From sequence record LC546831.1: a DNA stretch of 64,000 nt. One strand, written 5' to 3'. This stretch comes from a plasmid. The translations under genes were made by a program, and so were the position numbers. This document shows positions 46,182 to 56,674 of this stretch, piece after piece. The notes beneath the pieces are model-generated. The model was not told the origin of the DNA. It ran no database searches and worked only from the letters and a program-made list of their open reading frames with translations. Each line of letters begins with the position of its first letter. The stretch's first letter is position 1.

Positions 46182-48082
46182 CCCACCTGGTGAAGTCACT
46201 GCCCGGACTGCTGGCAACACATGCCCTGGTGCTGGGGACGTTTATCTTCGCCACCGGCGATTGCCGGGCGGAAGGTGATGACGTGTTCCAGACCGGCAGC
46301 GAGTTTGCCAAACAGATCGCCGGTCAGGGTACAGGTACGCTGCAGAACACCAACCCGGCGAACGTGTTGCCGAACTACACCGACAACCCGAAAGAAAAAG
46401 GCTATTACGGCGGCGTGACGGCCGGGGATGCCAACAATCTCAAGACCGACGGCGGCACCGCATGGGGCCAGACCGAGGTCGGGCAGGCGGTGACCGATTC
46501 GGTGCTCAAGAACCCCAAGGAGCCGATTTCTCACGATGCGCCCTTTATTCAGGCTGGCAAGGAGATTGAAGGCAAGGCCGAGAGCATCGTCGGCAAGACC
46601 GGCCCGGACTGCAAGGCCGAACAGGTAACCCGCAGTGAGTTCACCCGGCATGTGTGCGAGCGTGATACGGCGGTGATGCGTACCTGCGAACGTGCCACCG
46701 ACATCGGTGGCCACTATGAGACCCGTTATGAAGACCGTAACGCGCACATCGACAAATCGATGATCCGTTGGTGGAAAGAGGGCAACCGCATTCACGGCAC
46801 CTTTACGGCGCCGTTTACCGGCAAGCTCACTACGGGTTCGATATACCTCGAGCTGCAGGACGATCTGCACAGCTATGGCGTGCCGCTGGCCTTTTCACTG
46901 CTGGGGAATGAGGTGCGCTATGGGCGTCAGGACTGGGGCAGTCGGCCGCTGAACGTCGGTAACGTCACGCTCACGCAGGGTCAGCAGGTCGATATATTCC
47001 TCACGATGGACCCCGGTGGCCACCTGGATACCTTTCTGGATGCGATGGTCAGGCAGCTGAGCGGCGGCGGGGGCGGCTCGCCGATGGTGTTCTACGTGAA
47101 GTTCGACGGCAGTTCGTCGGTGCAGGTTTGGGTGCCGACCACGTCGACGCCGGCCGACTGTCCACTGGCACAGGAAGCCGGGGCGGTGAAGGTCAATACC
47201 GTCTGCAGTGAGCCGGGCGGCGAGCGAACCGTTACGGTCAACGGCCAGACCTATCCGGTGTGGGCCAGCTGCTGGCGCTTTACCGATACCTATCGGTTGC
47301 AGGAGGCCGGCCAGGGCAGCTGCGACGCCTATGCCAACAATCCGGCCTGTACCATCGCTACGCACGGCTGCGCCTTCTCTGATGAGTATGGCCAGTGCCT
47401 GCACGAGAACGTGACCTACTCCTGCGAAACCCGCACCACCGGTAACGTGATGCTGTGCGGTGGCCAGATGTACTGCCTGGACGGGGAGTGCGACAAGGCG
47501 CAGAAGGGCACTCAGGGTAACGACTTTGCGCACGCCGTTTCCGAGCTGGCCGCGGTGGCGGCCGCCGGCAAGGACGTGGCGGCGCTGAACGGTATCGATG
47601 TGCGCGCCTTCACCGGTAAGGGACAGTCCTGCCGCAAGGCATTTGCCGGTTTCAGCGACTGCTGCAAGGACTCCGGGTGGGGTAACAGCGTCGGGTTGGC
47701 GCACTGCGACAGCGAAGAGAAGGCGCTGGGCAAGGCGAAAGAGAACAAATTGACCGTCAGCGTCGGCGAATACTGCAGCAAGAAAGTGCTGGGTGTCTGC
47801 CTGCAGAAGAAGCGCAGCTACTGCCAGTTCGACAGCAAGCTGGCGCAGATTGTTCAGCAGCAGGGGCGCGCGTGGCAGCTGGGTATCGGCTTTGGCGCCG
47901 CAAAATCACCGGACTGCCGGGGTATTACCGTAGATGAGTTGCAGCGCATCAACTTCGACCAGCTGGACTTCGCCAATTTCTATGAAGACCTGATGAAGAA
48001 CCAGAAGGTGCCCGAAGACGCGGCCCTGCTGGAAAAGGTGAAGAAGCAAATTGCAGATCGCATGACGGAGGCAGCCAAGTGA
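46178..48082 (+). CDS. traN: TraN (cysteine-rich outer-membrane mating-pair stabilisation protein)
   Basis: Signal peptide. More than 20 Cys residues clustered at the C-terminus. Position. Confidence 0.85.
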   Translation: MTHLVKSLPGLLATHALVLGTFIFATGDCRAEGDDVFQTGSEFAKQIAGQGTGTLQNTNPANVLPNYTDNPKEKGYYGGVTAGDANNLKTDGGTAWGQTEVGQAVTDSVLKNPKEPISHDAPFIQAGKEIEGKAESIVGKTGPDCKAEQVTRSEFTRHVCERDTAVMRTCERATDIGGHYETRYEDRNAHIDKSMIRWWKEGNRIHGTFTAPFTGKLTTGSIYLELQDDLHSYGVPLAFSLLGNEVRYGRQDWGSRPLNVGNVTLTQGQQVDIFLTMDPGGHLDTFLDAMVRQLSGGGGGSPMVFYVKFDGSSSVQVWVPTTSTPADCPLAQEAGAVKVNTVCSEPGGERTVTVNGQTYPVWASCWRFTDTYRLQEAGQGSCDAYANNPACTIATHGCAFSDEYGQCLHENVTYSCETRTTGNVMLCGGQMYCLDGECDKAQKGTQGNDFAHAVSELAAVAAAGKDVAALNGIDVRAFTGKGQSCRKAFAGFSDCCKDSGWGNSVGLAHCDSEEKALGKAKENKLTVSVGEYCSKKVLGVCLQKKRSYCQFDSKLAQIVQQQGRAWQLGIGFGAAKSPDCRGITVDELQRINFDQLDFANFYEDLMKNQKVPEDAALLEKVKKQIADRMTEAAK

Positions 48083-48873
48083 AAACACGCGGGACTTCAA
48101 ATTTCAATTTGGCGGCACGCGGGTTGGCCAACCGCAGGGCGGCAGCGTTGTTGGGTATGAGCCTGCTGGGCGCGGCGTTCACTGCGCAGGCCGGCGGCTG
48201 GCAGTGGTATGAGCGGGAGGCCAAACCCGCTGACGAAGATATACCACTGCCGGCTGCAGCCCCGGCCGCACCGGCCGGGGCACTGGAAAAGCTGCAGCTG
48301 CTGCAGCAGTCGCTCAAGGAGAAGCTGGCGGACGCCATCCTGTACCCCAGTACCGAGAACTTCGTGAAGTTCTTCCAGATGCAGAACTACTTCACCCAGC
48401 AGGCGGGACTATTTGAGCGCTCCGCTCAGCGCGCGTTCCTAGCGCACCCGGAGCTGGATTACAACCTGAAACACAGTCATTACAACGGCACGGTAAAGAG
48501 CCAGTTGGCGGCCGATTTCGCTGCCCAGCGCGAGGCCATCGGCCAGCTGGCGCAGCGTTATGGCGTGATGCTGTTTTATCGCGGCGCCGAGCCTATCGAC
48601 GGCCAGCTGGTGAGCGTGGTGAAGGGCTTTCGGGATAGCTACGGGCTGTCGGTGGTGCCGGTGACCGTTGACGGGGTGGTTAACCCTGCGATGCCGGAGA
48701 GCCGGCGTGATGCGGGGCAGGCGCAGCGGTTGGGTGTCAGTCACTTCCCGGCACTGATGCTGGTTGATCCGCGCAGCGGGGCGGTCAAGCCGCTGGCCTA
48801 CGGCTTTATCAGTCAGGACGACCTGGCGCGGCAATTCCGCGACGTGTTAACCGATTTCAAACCGAACTATTAA
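48079..48873 (+). CDS. traF: TraF (thioredoxin-like, no CxxC)
   Basis: Size and position. Signal peptide. No CxxC. Confidence 0.75.
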   Translation: MKTRGTSNFNLAARGLANRRAAALLGMSLLGAAFTAQAGGWQWYEREAKPADEDIPLPAAAPAAPAGALEKLQLLQQSLKEKLADAILYPSTENFVKFFQMQNYFTQQAGLFERSAQRAFLAHPELDYNLKHSHYNGTVKSQLAADFAAQREAIGQLAQRYGVMLFYRGAEPIDGQLVSVVKGFRDSYGLSVVPVTVDGVVNPAMPESRRDAGQAQRLGVSHFPALMLVDPRSGAVKPLAYGFISQDDLARQFRDVLTDFKPNY

Positions 48874-48883
48874 AGGAACGTGA

Positions 48884-49198
48884 ATGCGTAAATTCAAATT
48901 TCCCCAGGTTGACGTTGCCGGCATGTGGATGGTCGGGCTGGGTTTGTGGTGCAACATGATAGCGGGCTGCGTCTGGTCTTTGCCTGATTTTGCCTGGGGG
49001 CTGGCCAAGCTGTTAGCCGTCAGCCTGATAGTTATCGGCGGCTATCGCATTCTGGATGCTATTGCGACCCGCGTGGCGGATGAAAGGCTGGCACCTGAGA
49101 AGGCGGCCTATCGTGCGCAGCATGGTGATACTGAAAGCACCGATGCGTCGCGGGCGGATGAACCTGTTCAGGAGAAGCCCCATGCACCAACGCACTGA
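48884..49198 (+). CDS. traQ: TraQ (pilin chaperone)
   Basis: FKFPQVDVAGMWMVGLGLWCNMIA matches F TraQ FSLPRLDVPGMWVFSLGVWFHIVA. Confidence 0.75.
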   Translation: MRKFKFPQVDVAGMWMVGLGLWCNMIAGCVWSLPDFAWGLAKLLAVSLIVIGGYRILDAIATRVADERLAPEKAAYRAQHGDTESTDASRADEPVQEKPHAPTH

Positions 49199-49736
49199 GC
49201 GAATGATGATGACATTACTGGCGCTGCTCGGCTTGGGCATGTCGACAGCCAACGCGAGCACGCGCGATGAGATTGCTCAGCTGCAGCATTCAGCGCAGCA
49301 GCGGGCACAGGCGGGAACGGCGACCGATAGCCGCGCCGCCGCCCCTCAACCGGCACGGTGGCTGACACTCAGCAACGGGGCGCGCGTCAACCTCAATGAC
49401 TGGACGGTGGTGCTGTTCATGCAGGGACACTGCGGCTATTGCCAGAAGTTCGATCCGCTTATCAAGGCAATGTCTGCACAGCACGGCTTCCCGCTGTTTG
49501 TTTACACCTTCGACGGCCAGGGCGACCAGACGTTTCCCGAAGCCATTCCGGCGCCACCGGACGTGATGCGCACCTTCTTCCCCGGCCTGCCGGTGGCCTC
49601 GCCGACGACGTTTTTGGTGAATGTGCATACGCTGGCGACGTACCCCCTTATCCAGGGGGCGGCGGATGAAGCCGGCTTTATGGCGCGGCTCGATACGGTG
49701 TTGCAAGACGCAACGATGCGGGGAGGTGCACGATGA
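49182..49736 (+). CDS. trbB: TrbB (periplasmic thioredoxin-like disulfide isomerase)
   Basis: CxxC in HCGYCQKF. Signal peptide. Position before traH. Confidence 0.75.
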   Translation: MHQRTERMMMTLLALLGLGMSTANASTRDEIAQLQHSAQQRAQAGTATDSRAAAPQPARWLTLSNGARVNLNDWTVVLFMQGHCGYCQKFDPLIKAMSAQHGFPLFVYTFDGQGDQTFPEAIPAPPDVMRTFFPGLPVASPTTFLVNVHTLATYPLIQGAADEAGFMARLDTVLQDATMRGGAR

Positions 49737-51103
49737 CACGCAGGCTGACACAGTTGTGCTGTGGCGTGGTGATCGGGTTGTTTGTCGGCGCCGCCTCGGC
49801 CGACATGAACAGCGACATGAACCACTTTTTCGACAAGCTGGGGTTTGAATCCAACACTACCATGCCGGGCGTCTGGCAGGGGCAGGCCGCCGGTTATGCC
49901 TCCGGCGGCTCCATCTATGCGCGCACCGGGGTGCGTCAGGTACAGCTGGTGTCGATGACGTTGCCGGATATCAATGCCGGCTGCGGCGGTATCGATGCCT
50001 ACCTGGGATCGTTCAGCTTTATCAATGGCGAACAGCTGCAGCGCTTTACCAAACAGATCATGTCGAACGCCGCCGGCTACTTCTTTGACCTTGCGCTGCA
50101 GACTACGGTGCCGGAGCTGAAGGATGCCAAGGACTTCATCCAGAAGATGGCCAGCGACATCAACAGCATGAACATGAGCAGCTGTCAGGCCGCTCAGGGT
50201 ATTGTCGGCGGGCTGTTCCCGCGCACCCAGGTCTCGCAGCAGAAGGTCTGTCAGGATATCGCCGGGCAGTCGAACATCTTCGCCGACTGGGCGGCATCCC
50301 GTCAGGGTTGTACGGTGGGCGGGCAGGGCGAATCGGTACGCGACCGTGCCGGGGAGAAGGACAAGGAACGCGTCTCCAAAAACATCAACATCATGTGGGA
50401 TGCGCTTTCCAAAAATCAGATGTTCAGCGGCAACAAGGAGCTGAAAGAGTTTGTGATGACGCTGACCGGCTCACTGGTTTTTGGCGCCAACGGCGAAATT
50501 ACCCCACTGGCGCCGAAAACCACCGACCAGAGCATTATCCGGGCGCTGATGGAAGGCGGCACGGCGCGCATCTATCACTGCAATGACAGCGACAAGTGCT
50601 TGAAAGTGGTGGCCGACAGCAGCGTCACCATTAGCCCGGAACGGGCACTTAAGGGTCAAATTCTCGACATGCTGACCAGCATCAAGAGCAAGGCGCGGGA
50701 CGATGTGCCGCTGACCGAAAAGGAAAAGGGGCTGATTTCCGGCACGCATGTGCCGTTGCTGACCTACCTGGTCGACCCGCAGATGCTGGGTGTCGATAAC
50801 TCGCTGGTCTACAGTCTGGCGGATTACGTCGGCTACGACATCATGCTGCAGTACCTGCAAGAGCTGATGAGCGGCGCCCGCGCCATGCTGGCGGTGGGCA
50901 ACTACCCGGAGGCGACGATGGAGCAAATCAACAGCAACTTCACTCAGGCCAACCAGCTGCTGGCCTCGCTGCAGTCCCGGGTGCAGGTGCAGACCGATGC
51001 GCTGCTGGTTGTTGACCAGCAGATGCGTTACATGCGCCAGCAGGTGTCGGCACGCATGCTGACGCGTTATCAGGACAATTATCGTTTCGGGGGAGGTCAA
51101 TAA
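49733..51103 (+). CDS. traH: TraH
   Basis: 456 aa. Signal peptide. Position. Confidence 0.85.
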   Translation: MTRRLTQLCCGVVIGLFVGAASADMNSDMNHFFDKLGFESNTTMPGVWQGQAAGYASGGSIYARTGVRQVQLVSMTLPDINAGCGGIDAYLGSFSFINGEQLQRFTKQIMSNAAGYFFDLALQTTVPELKDAKDFIQKMASDINSMNMSSCQAAQGIVGGLFPRTQVSQQKVCQDIAGQSNIFADWAASRQGCTVGGQGESVRDRAGEKDKERVSKNINIMWDALSKNQMFSGNKELKEFVMTLTGSLVFGANGEITPLAPKTTDQSIIRALMEGGTARIYHCNDSDKCLKVVADSSVTISPERALKGQILDMLTSIKSKARDDVPLTEKEKGLISGTHVPLLTYLVDPQMLGVDNSLVYSLADYVGYDIMLQYLQELMSGARAMLAVGNYPEATMEQINSNFTQANQLLASLQSRVQVQTDALLVVDQQMRYMRQQVSARMLTRYQDNYRFGGGQ

Positions 51104-53925
51104 TGGCAGCAGAAATCTACGTTATCGGCGGCGGTGACTGGATGCGCGAGACCCTCAATGCGGTAGCGGCGTTCCTGCATTCCGACAGCTGGTACTACAT
51201 ACGTCATGTGGGCACACTGGCCGGCCTCTATGTCCTGATGGTGCAGTGGATACGCACGCACGACATCATGCATATCCTGACCTGGATTTTTGTGTTGATA
51301 GGCGTTGCCATAGTAGTGAGCAGTGGACCGCGGGTGCAGGTCGTCGATATCACCAACCCGCGGGACGTCTATGTCGTCGATAATGTGCCGCTGGGCATCA
51401 CCCTGCCGGCATCGCTGTTTACCCAGTTCGGCATGCTAATGGTGCGAGGCTATGAGGTGGTATTCAGTCAGCCGGATGTGGCGACCTACAGTCAAACCGG
51501 CATGCTGTTCGGCTCTTCTTTAATGGCGCGCAGCACCGACTTTACCGCGCAAAACCCGGAGCTGACCGACCTGTTTGCCGATTATGTGCAGAACTGCGTG
51601 ATTGGCGACATCCTGCTAAACCGCAAATACAGCCTGAACGAGCTGATGAACTCGGCTGACCCGTACACGCTCATCTTCAGTAAGCCGAGCCCGCTGCGCG
51701 GTCTGTTCGGCAAGGACGGCAAGTTCATGACCTGCGAGCAGGCGGCTGCGCCGCTCAAGAACATGCTGGGTCTGGAAGGGCAGACCGGCAGCCCGACCTG
51801 GCATTACTATGCCCGTCAGCTGTTCGGCGGAAAACCGGATGCCGACCTGCTGTTCGGCCAACTGCTCGGCAACAGCTACCAATATTTTTACCAGAACAAG
51901 AACTCGGCCTCCGACATCATCAAGCAAAACGTGGTGATGAACGGCTTGCGCAGCGGAATACTCAGCTACGCCTCGCGCAGTAACGACACCGCCGGCATGC
52001 TCAATATCGCTACCACCTCGGCGCTGGAGAAACAGCGGCTGTCGCAGGCCACCATGGGCCAGGTGGCGATGCGCATGTTGCCGACCCTGCATGTGGTGAT
52101 GATGGGGATCATGATGGGCGTATTCCCAATGATCATCCTTGTGGGGCTGGTTAATCAGGGTTGGCAGGTATTCAAGGGCTACGTGTTCGCCTGGCTGTGG
52201 CTGATGAGTTGGCCGCTGCTGTACGCCATCCTCAACAGTGCCATGACCTTCTACGCCCGCAAGATGGGCAGCCCGGTGGTGCTGGCCAACCTGTCGGTGG
52301 TGCAGCTGAACTACTCAGACATCGCCACCACGGCGGGGTATATCTCGATGTTTATCCCGTTCATCTCCTGGTATATCGCCATTGGTCTGGGCAACGCACT
52401 GAACAGCATCGGCCACTCGTTCAACAACGCGGCGGCCGGCGCCAGCAGTGCGGCAGCGAGCACCACGACGGACGCCAACTACAGCTTCAACAACATGCAG
52501 TCGGATAACGTCACCGGCAGCACCTGGGATACCAACAGCGTGGTGCGCACCGGGCAGATGACCAAACAGCTGGGCACCGGCGGCAGCCAGACCCGGACCG
52601 CCGACGGCAGCCAGGTGTTCGATGCTACCGGCTCGACGTCGCGCATTCCGGTAGATATTGGCGTGACGCGCCAAATCTCGACGGCGCAGCAGCAAATGGC
52701 GCGTGAAGCGGAGAGCCAGGCAGAAACGGCGATGCACGGCTTTAACAGTAATATCAGCAGCGCCTGGACGCAGCTGTCGCAGTTCACTGGCCAACGTGGC
52801 AGTAGCGATACGATGACCAGCGGTGCCGATACGGCGCAGAACAGCCAGTCCAGCATCGCCGCGCACAAGATGGCCAGCGCGGTGGACAGCTATGCCAAGG
52901 CCAACAATATCAGCCATGAACAGGCCACCAGTGAATTGGCACAACGTTCTGGCGATGTTTCATGGGGATGGGATGCTCGTGCGGGGGTTCGCGGGAGCGC
53001 TGGCTTGAGCGTCCTGGGCAATGGCGTGACAGCAGAAGGTTATGCCGGCGCACATGTTGGTGGGAAGCAATCCGATACAGATTCACACTCTGCGAGCAGT
53101 GGGACGCGAGGAAGCAACGATGCGCGGCATGATCAGAGTGCCCAGGCTGCAGCTGACTTCAAGGAAGGTATGGATTATCTGACCAGCCATCGTACCAGTC
53201 AGTCCGGTGGTCACACGGACAATAATGCTGACTCACGTATCGACCAGCTATCCGCATCGTTGGCCGGTGCCAAGAGCAGTTACGAGCAGTACAGCAGCGC
53301 GCATACCCGCAGCCATGAACTGTCCGAGCAGGCATCCCGTACCGAAAGTCTCAGCGGCGATATGCGCGAGAACCTGAGCCAGCAGTTTGCTCAGTATGTG
53401 ATGCAGCGTTCTCCGGATGATGCCGGCAACATTTTAACAGGGCACTCGTCAGAAGCAGCTGCTGCCCGTCAACAACTGGCGCGCGAGTTTGTACGTGACC
53501 AAGTGGCTCCGCAGGTTGATGCGCAGTATCAATCAAATCGGCAAGGATTGGGGGCTTCGTTGGGAGCGGTGAGTGGTGGAGGTGGCTCTGGTGGTATCAA
53601 CAAGGATTATCAGAACCATCAGGGGGAAATAGAAAAACGCACAGAGGAAGCTGGCATTAAAAATAATGTCAGTGAACAGGTTGGTGGCATGATGAAGGAT
53701 AATTATGAGGCACAGGGAAATGTCCAAGATAAGATTTCAGGGCAGAAAGAAAATATAGATATATCGAGAGATAATCTTAAGCAGAATCATGCGGATGAAT
53801 CGAAAATACAAAATGACAAATACATAAAAGAAGTGGACAATCAGAAGTTATTACGTGCAAGTCAAGATAAGAGTATTTCTAGGGGTAAAGCTCAAGCTGA
53901 TAAAGCTTCGAAAGAATCAGATTAA
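51103..53925 (+). CDS. traG: TraG (mating-pair stabilisation / entry-exclusion target)
   Basis: 940 aa. N-terminal polytopic domain. Position. Confidence 0.85.
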   Translation: MAAEIYVIGGGDWMRETLNAVAAFLHSDSWYYIRHVGTLAGLYVLMVQWIRTHDIMHILTWIFVLIGVAIVVSSGPRVQVVDITNPRDVYVVDNVPLGITLPASLFTQFGMLMVRGYEVVFSQPDVATYSQTGMLFGSSLMARSTDFTAQNPELTDLFADYVQNCVIGDILLNRKYSLNELMNSADPYTLIFSKPSPLRGLFGKDGKFMTCEQAAAPLKNMLGLEGQTGSPTWHYYARQLFGGKPDADLLFGQLLGNSYQYFYQNKNSASDIIKQNVVMNGLRSGILSYASRSNDTAGMLNIATTSALEKQRLSQATMGQVAMRMLPTLHVVMMGIMMGVFPMIILVGLVNQGWQVFKGYVFAWLWLMSWPLLYAILNSAMTFYARKMGSPVVLANLSVVQLNYSDIATTAGYISMFIPFISWYIAIGLGNALNSIGHSFNNAAAGASSAAASTTTDANYSFNNMQSDNVTGSTWDTNSVVRTGQMTKQLGTGGSQTRTADGSQVFDATGSTSRIPVDIGVTRQISTAQQQMAREAESQAETAMHGFNSNISSAWTQLSQFTGQRGSSDTMTSGADTAQNSQSSIAAHKMASAVDSYAKANNISHEQATSELAQRSGDVSWGWDARAGVRGSAGLSVLGNGVTAEGYAGAHVGGKQSDTDSHSASSGTRGSNDARHDQSAQAAADFKEGMDYLTSHRTSQSGGHTDNNADSRIDQLSASLAGAKSSYEQYSSAHTRSHELSEQASRTESLSGDMRENLSQQFAQYVMQRSPDDAGNILTGHSSEAAAARQQLAREFVRDQVAPQVDAQYQSNRQGLGASLGAVSGGGGSGGINKDYQNHQGEIEKRTEEAGIKNNVSEQVGGMMKDNYEAQGNVQDKISGQKENIDISRDNLKQNHADESKIQNDKYIKEVDNQKLLRASQDKSISRGKAQADKASKESD

Positions 53926-54477
53926 GTGATGGGGGATTTTATGGATAAGGCCACTTTAGAAAAAGAGGCAACACAGCTGAAGTCGATCATTGTTAACGGT
54001 GAGTTGACGGTTCCTTCGTTTTGGGACTGTGTATGGCCGGGGTTACTTATGAGTGCATGGATGGTTATATGTCCTTTTGTTGCATTTGAAATGACTTCTG
54101 AGGTTTATAGTGACTCACTGACAGCTATAGCTGGAGGTGCTTTCATAGGTTTGATTTTTACTGTTTTCACTTTCAATATTCGGTCGCTATACCTGGCTGT
54201 GCCAAAAAAATTCACGGCTGAGTCTAGGTTTTTTAGTGCTCTGCAAAGGAAAGTACGAGTGTACTATATTGCTTATATGCTCTTCGTTGCATTGTCGGCA
54301 TATTTTGCAACTTACTCTAATGTAGTGACTCTTTTCTATTTTGGCCCATTGATAGTTTCCTTTGTTTTCATCATGGTAATTGGCTTGATGGACGTGAATC
54401 GTTATCGTGTCCCTGCGCTCTCCGCTGTATTTCAAATGCTAAAAGCCAGGAAGAGCGGAGGTGTCAGTGAGCTTTAA
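53926..54477 (+). CDS. TraS-like inner-membrane entry-exclusion candidate (low GC)
   Basis: 4 TM helices, about 180 aa, between traG and traD as traS is in F. Sequence not conserved. Confidence 0.45.
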   Translation: MMGDFMDKATLEKEATQLKSIIVNGELTVPSFWDCVWPGLLMSAWMVICPFVAFEMTSEVYSDSLTAIAGGAFIGLIFTVFTFNIRSLYLAVPKKFTAESRFFSALQRKVRVYYIAYMLFVALSAYFATYSNVVTLFYFGPLIVSFVFIMVIGLMDVNRYRVPALSAVFQMLKARKSGGVSEL

Positions 54478-56674
54478 CGCTAAAGACATGACGCAGGGTG
54501 GGCAGATTGCCTTCATGCGTCTGCGTATGTTTGCCCAGATTGGCAACTTGATATTTTATGGCCTGTTCATTGCGTTTCTTATCGTGGCGGTCAATGTTCT
54601 CTTGTGGCGCAATTCGATTCAAAACCTCACCAACGGTCTGATTTACTGGTGGGTACGAATGCTCGACAGTTGGCCAAGTATTACGCCATCTGAGTCGGTG
54701 TATCACTTTGAATATTACGGTAGAGAGTTAGTTTATACCGCCAGTCAGGCACTGACTGATCGTTACGTCGTATATTGCGGGCAGCTGGTTTGGCGTGAGG
54801 CTCTTTTTGCAGCTGGTGCTGGCGTCGCGACTTGTGTGGTTGGCGGTGTCATTACAGTTTGGGTATTGGGCCGTCAGGGCAAGCAGCAAAGTCAGGACGA
54901 AGTCACAGGCGGCCGCACACTGACTGACAAGCCTGCCGACGTCGCCAAAATGCTCCGTCGTGACAACCAGGCGTCGGATATCCATATCGACGCGCTGCCG
55001 CTGGTCAAAGACTCAGAAATCAAGAACATCCTGCTGCAGGGCAGCGTGGGGACCGGTAAATCGGTCACCATGCGCAAGCTGATGGACTATGCGCGGGCGC
55101 GCGGCGACATGGTGGTGGTGTACGACAAATCCTGTGACTTCATCAAGGACTACTACGATCCCAAAATCGACAAGGTGCTCAACCCGCTCGATGGGCGCTG
55201 CGTGTCCTGGGATCTGTGGTCGGAGTGCCTGACGCTGCAGGACTTTGAGAACGTAGCCGATATTCTTATTCCGATGAGCGGCAGCGAAGATCCGTTCTGG
55301 CAGGGTTCGGCCCGCACCATCTATGCGGAAGCGGCCAACCGTATGCGTAACGATCCGGATCGCAGCTACGCCAAGCTGCTCAATACGCTGCTGTCTATCG
55401 ACCTGCCGCGTCTGCGCGCTTATCTGGAAGGCACACCGGCGTCGAACCTGGTGGACGGTAAAATCGAGAAGACCGCCATCTCCATCCGTTCGGTGCTGAC
55501 GAACTACGCCAAATCGATTCGCTACCTGCAGGGCATCGAGTCGCTGGGTGACACATTCACTATCCGCGACTGGATGCGCGGCGTGCAGGACGGTGGCAAA
55601 AACGGCTGGCTGTTCCTGACCTCGAATGATGACAGCCACAAATCCCTCAAACCGCTGATCTCCATGTGGTTGTCGGTGGCTTCACACAGTTTGCTCTCGA
55701 TGGGCGTCAACCTTAATCGCCGGGTGTGGATCTTTGCTGACGAACTGCCGACGTTGCATAAGCTGCCGGATCTGGTCTCACTTATCCCGGTGACACGCAA
55801 GTTTGGCGGATGTTTCGTACTGGGTATCCAGTCGTATGCCCAGCTGCAGGACATTTATGGCGTCAAGTCGGCCGCTTCCCTGATTCAGGTTCTCAACACC
55901 CGATTCTTCTTCCGCTCCCCCGATAAAGAAACCGCAGAGTTCGCCGCCGGTGAAATCGGCGAGAAGGAGCAGAAAAAAGCCTCCGAACAATACTCCTACG
56001 GCGCTGACCCGGTCAGAGACGGGGTGTCGTTGGGTAAGGACAAAGAGCGCGAAGGGTTGGTGAGCTACAGCGATATTCAGTCACTGCCCGATCTGTGCTG
56101 TTACATCACGCTTCCTGGCCCCTATCCAGCGATAAAAATGAAGCTCAAGTTCCAAAAGCGCAACCAGAAGGCCCCACCATTTATCGAGCGTAAGCTCGAC
56201 CTAGAGGCAGATAACCGTCTGGAGACAGCGCTGGATGGACGTGAACTGGTGCTCGGCAATGTTAGTGCGCTCTTCGCGCCGCTGGAAGAGAGCCATCAGA
56301 CCGTGACAGCACCGGGGACCGCCAGGATAACGGACAAAGGCGATAAGAAGCCTGTAACCGGGCAAGCTGACAGCGACAAACCGGCGATATCGACTGCGGC
56401 CAACACGACGGGTGCCGCCACTTCAGGCGGCGGTACGGAACAGGAACTCAAGCCCAGGGTGGAAGAGGCCGAGCAGTTGCCGCCGGGGATCAGTGGCGAC
56501 GGCGAAGTTGTGGACATCGCACAGTATGAAGCCTGGCAGGCGCAGCAGCAGGGTATGGGGCAGCAAGCCATGCAGCGCCGGGAAGAGACCAATATCAATA
56601 TTGACAGGCATCGACGAGAACTGGCCGAAGTTCATCACGGAGATAGTGAGCCTTGGGAGGATCTGCATCGATGA
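54461..56674 (+). CDS. traD: TraD type IV coupling protein
   Basis: 2 N-terminal TM helices. Walker A LLQGSVGTGKS. Gln-rich C-terminal tail. Confidence 0.9.
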   Translation: MSVSFNAKDMTQGGQIAFMRLRMFAQIGNLIFYGLFIAFLIVAVNVLLWRNSIQNLTNGLIYWWVRMLDSWPSITPSESVYHFEYYGRELVYTASQALTDRYVVYCGQLVWREALFAAGAGVATCVVGGVITVWVLGRQGKQQSQDEVTGGRTLTDKPADVAKMLRRDNQASDIHIDALPLVKDSEIKNILLQGSVGTGKSVTMRKLMDYARARGDMVVVYDKSCDFIKDYYDPKIDKVLNPLDGRCVSWDLWSECLTLQDFENVADILIPMSGSEDPFWQGSARTIYAEAANRMRNDPDRSYAKLLNTLLSIDLPRLRAYLEGTPASNLVDGKIEKTAISIRSVLTNYAKSIRYLQGIESLGDTFTIRDWMRGVQDGGKNGWLFLTSNDDSHKSLKPLISMWLSVASHSLLSMGVNLNRRVWIFADELPTLHKLPDLVSLIPVTRKFGGCFVLGIQSYAQLQDIYGVKSAASLIQVLNTRFFFRSPDKETAEFAAGEIGEKEQKKASEQYSYGADPVRDGVSLGKDKEREGLVSYSDIQSLPDLCCYITLPGPYPAIKMKLKFQKRNQKAPPFIERKLDLEADNRLETALDGRELVLGNVSALFAPLEESHQTVTAPGTARITDKGDKKPVTGQADSDKPAISTAANTTGAATSGGGTEQELKPRVEEAEQLPPGISGDGEVVDIAQYEAWQAQQQGMGQQAMQRREETNINIDRHRRELAEVHHGDSEPWEDLHR

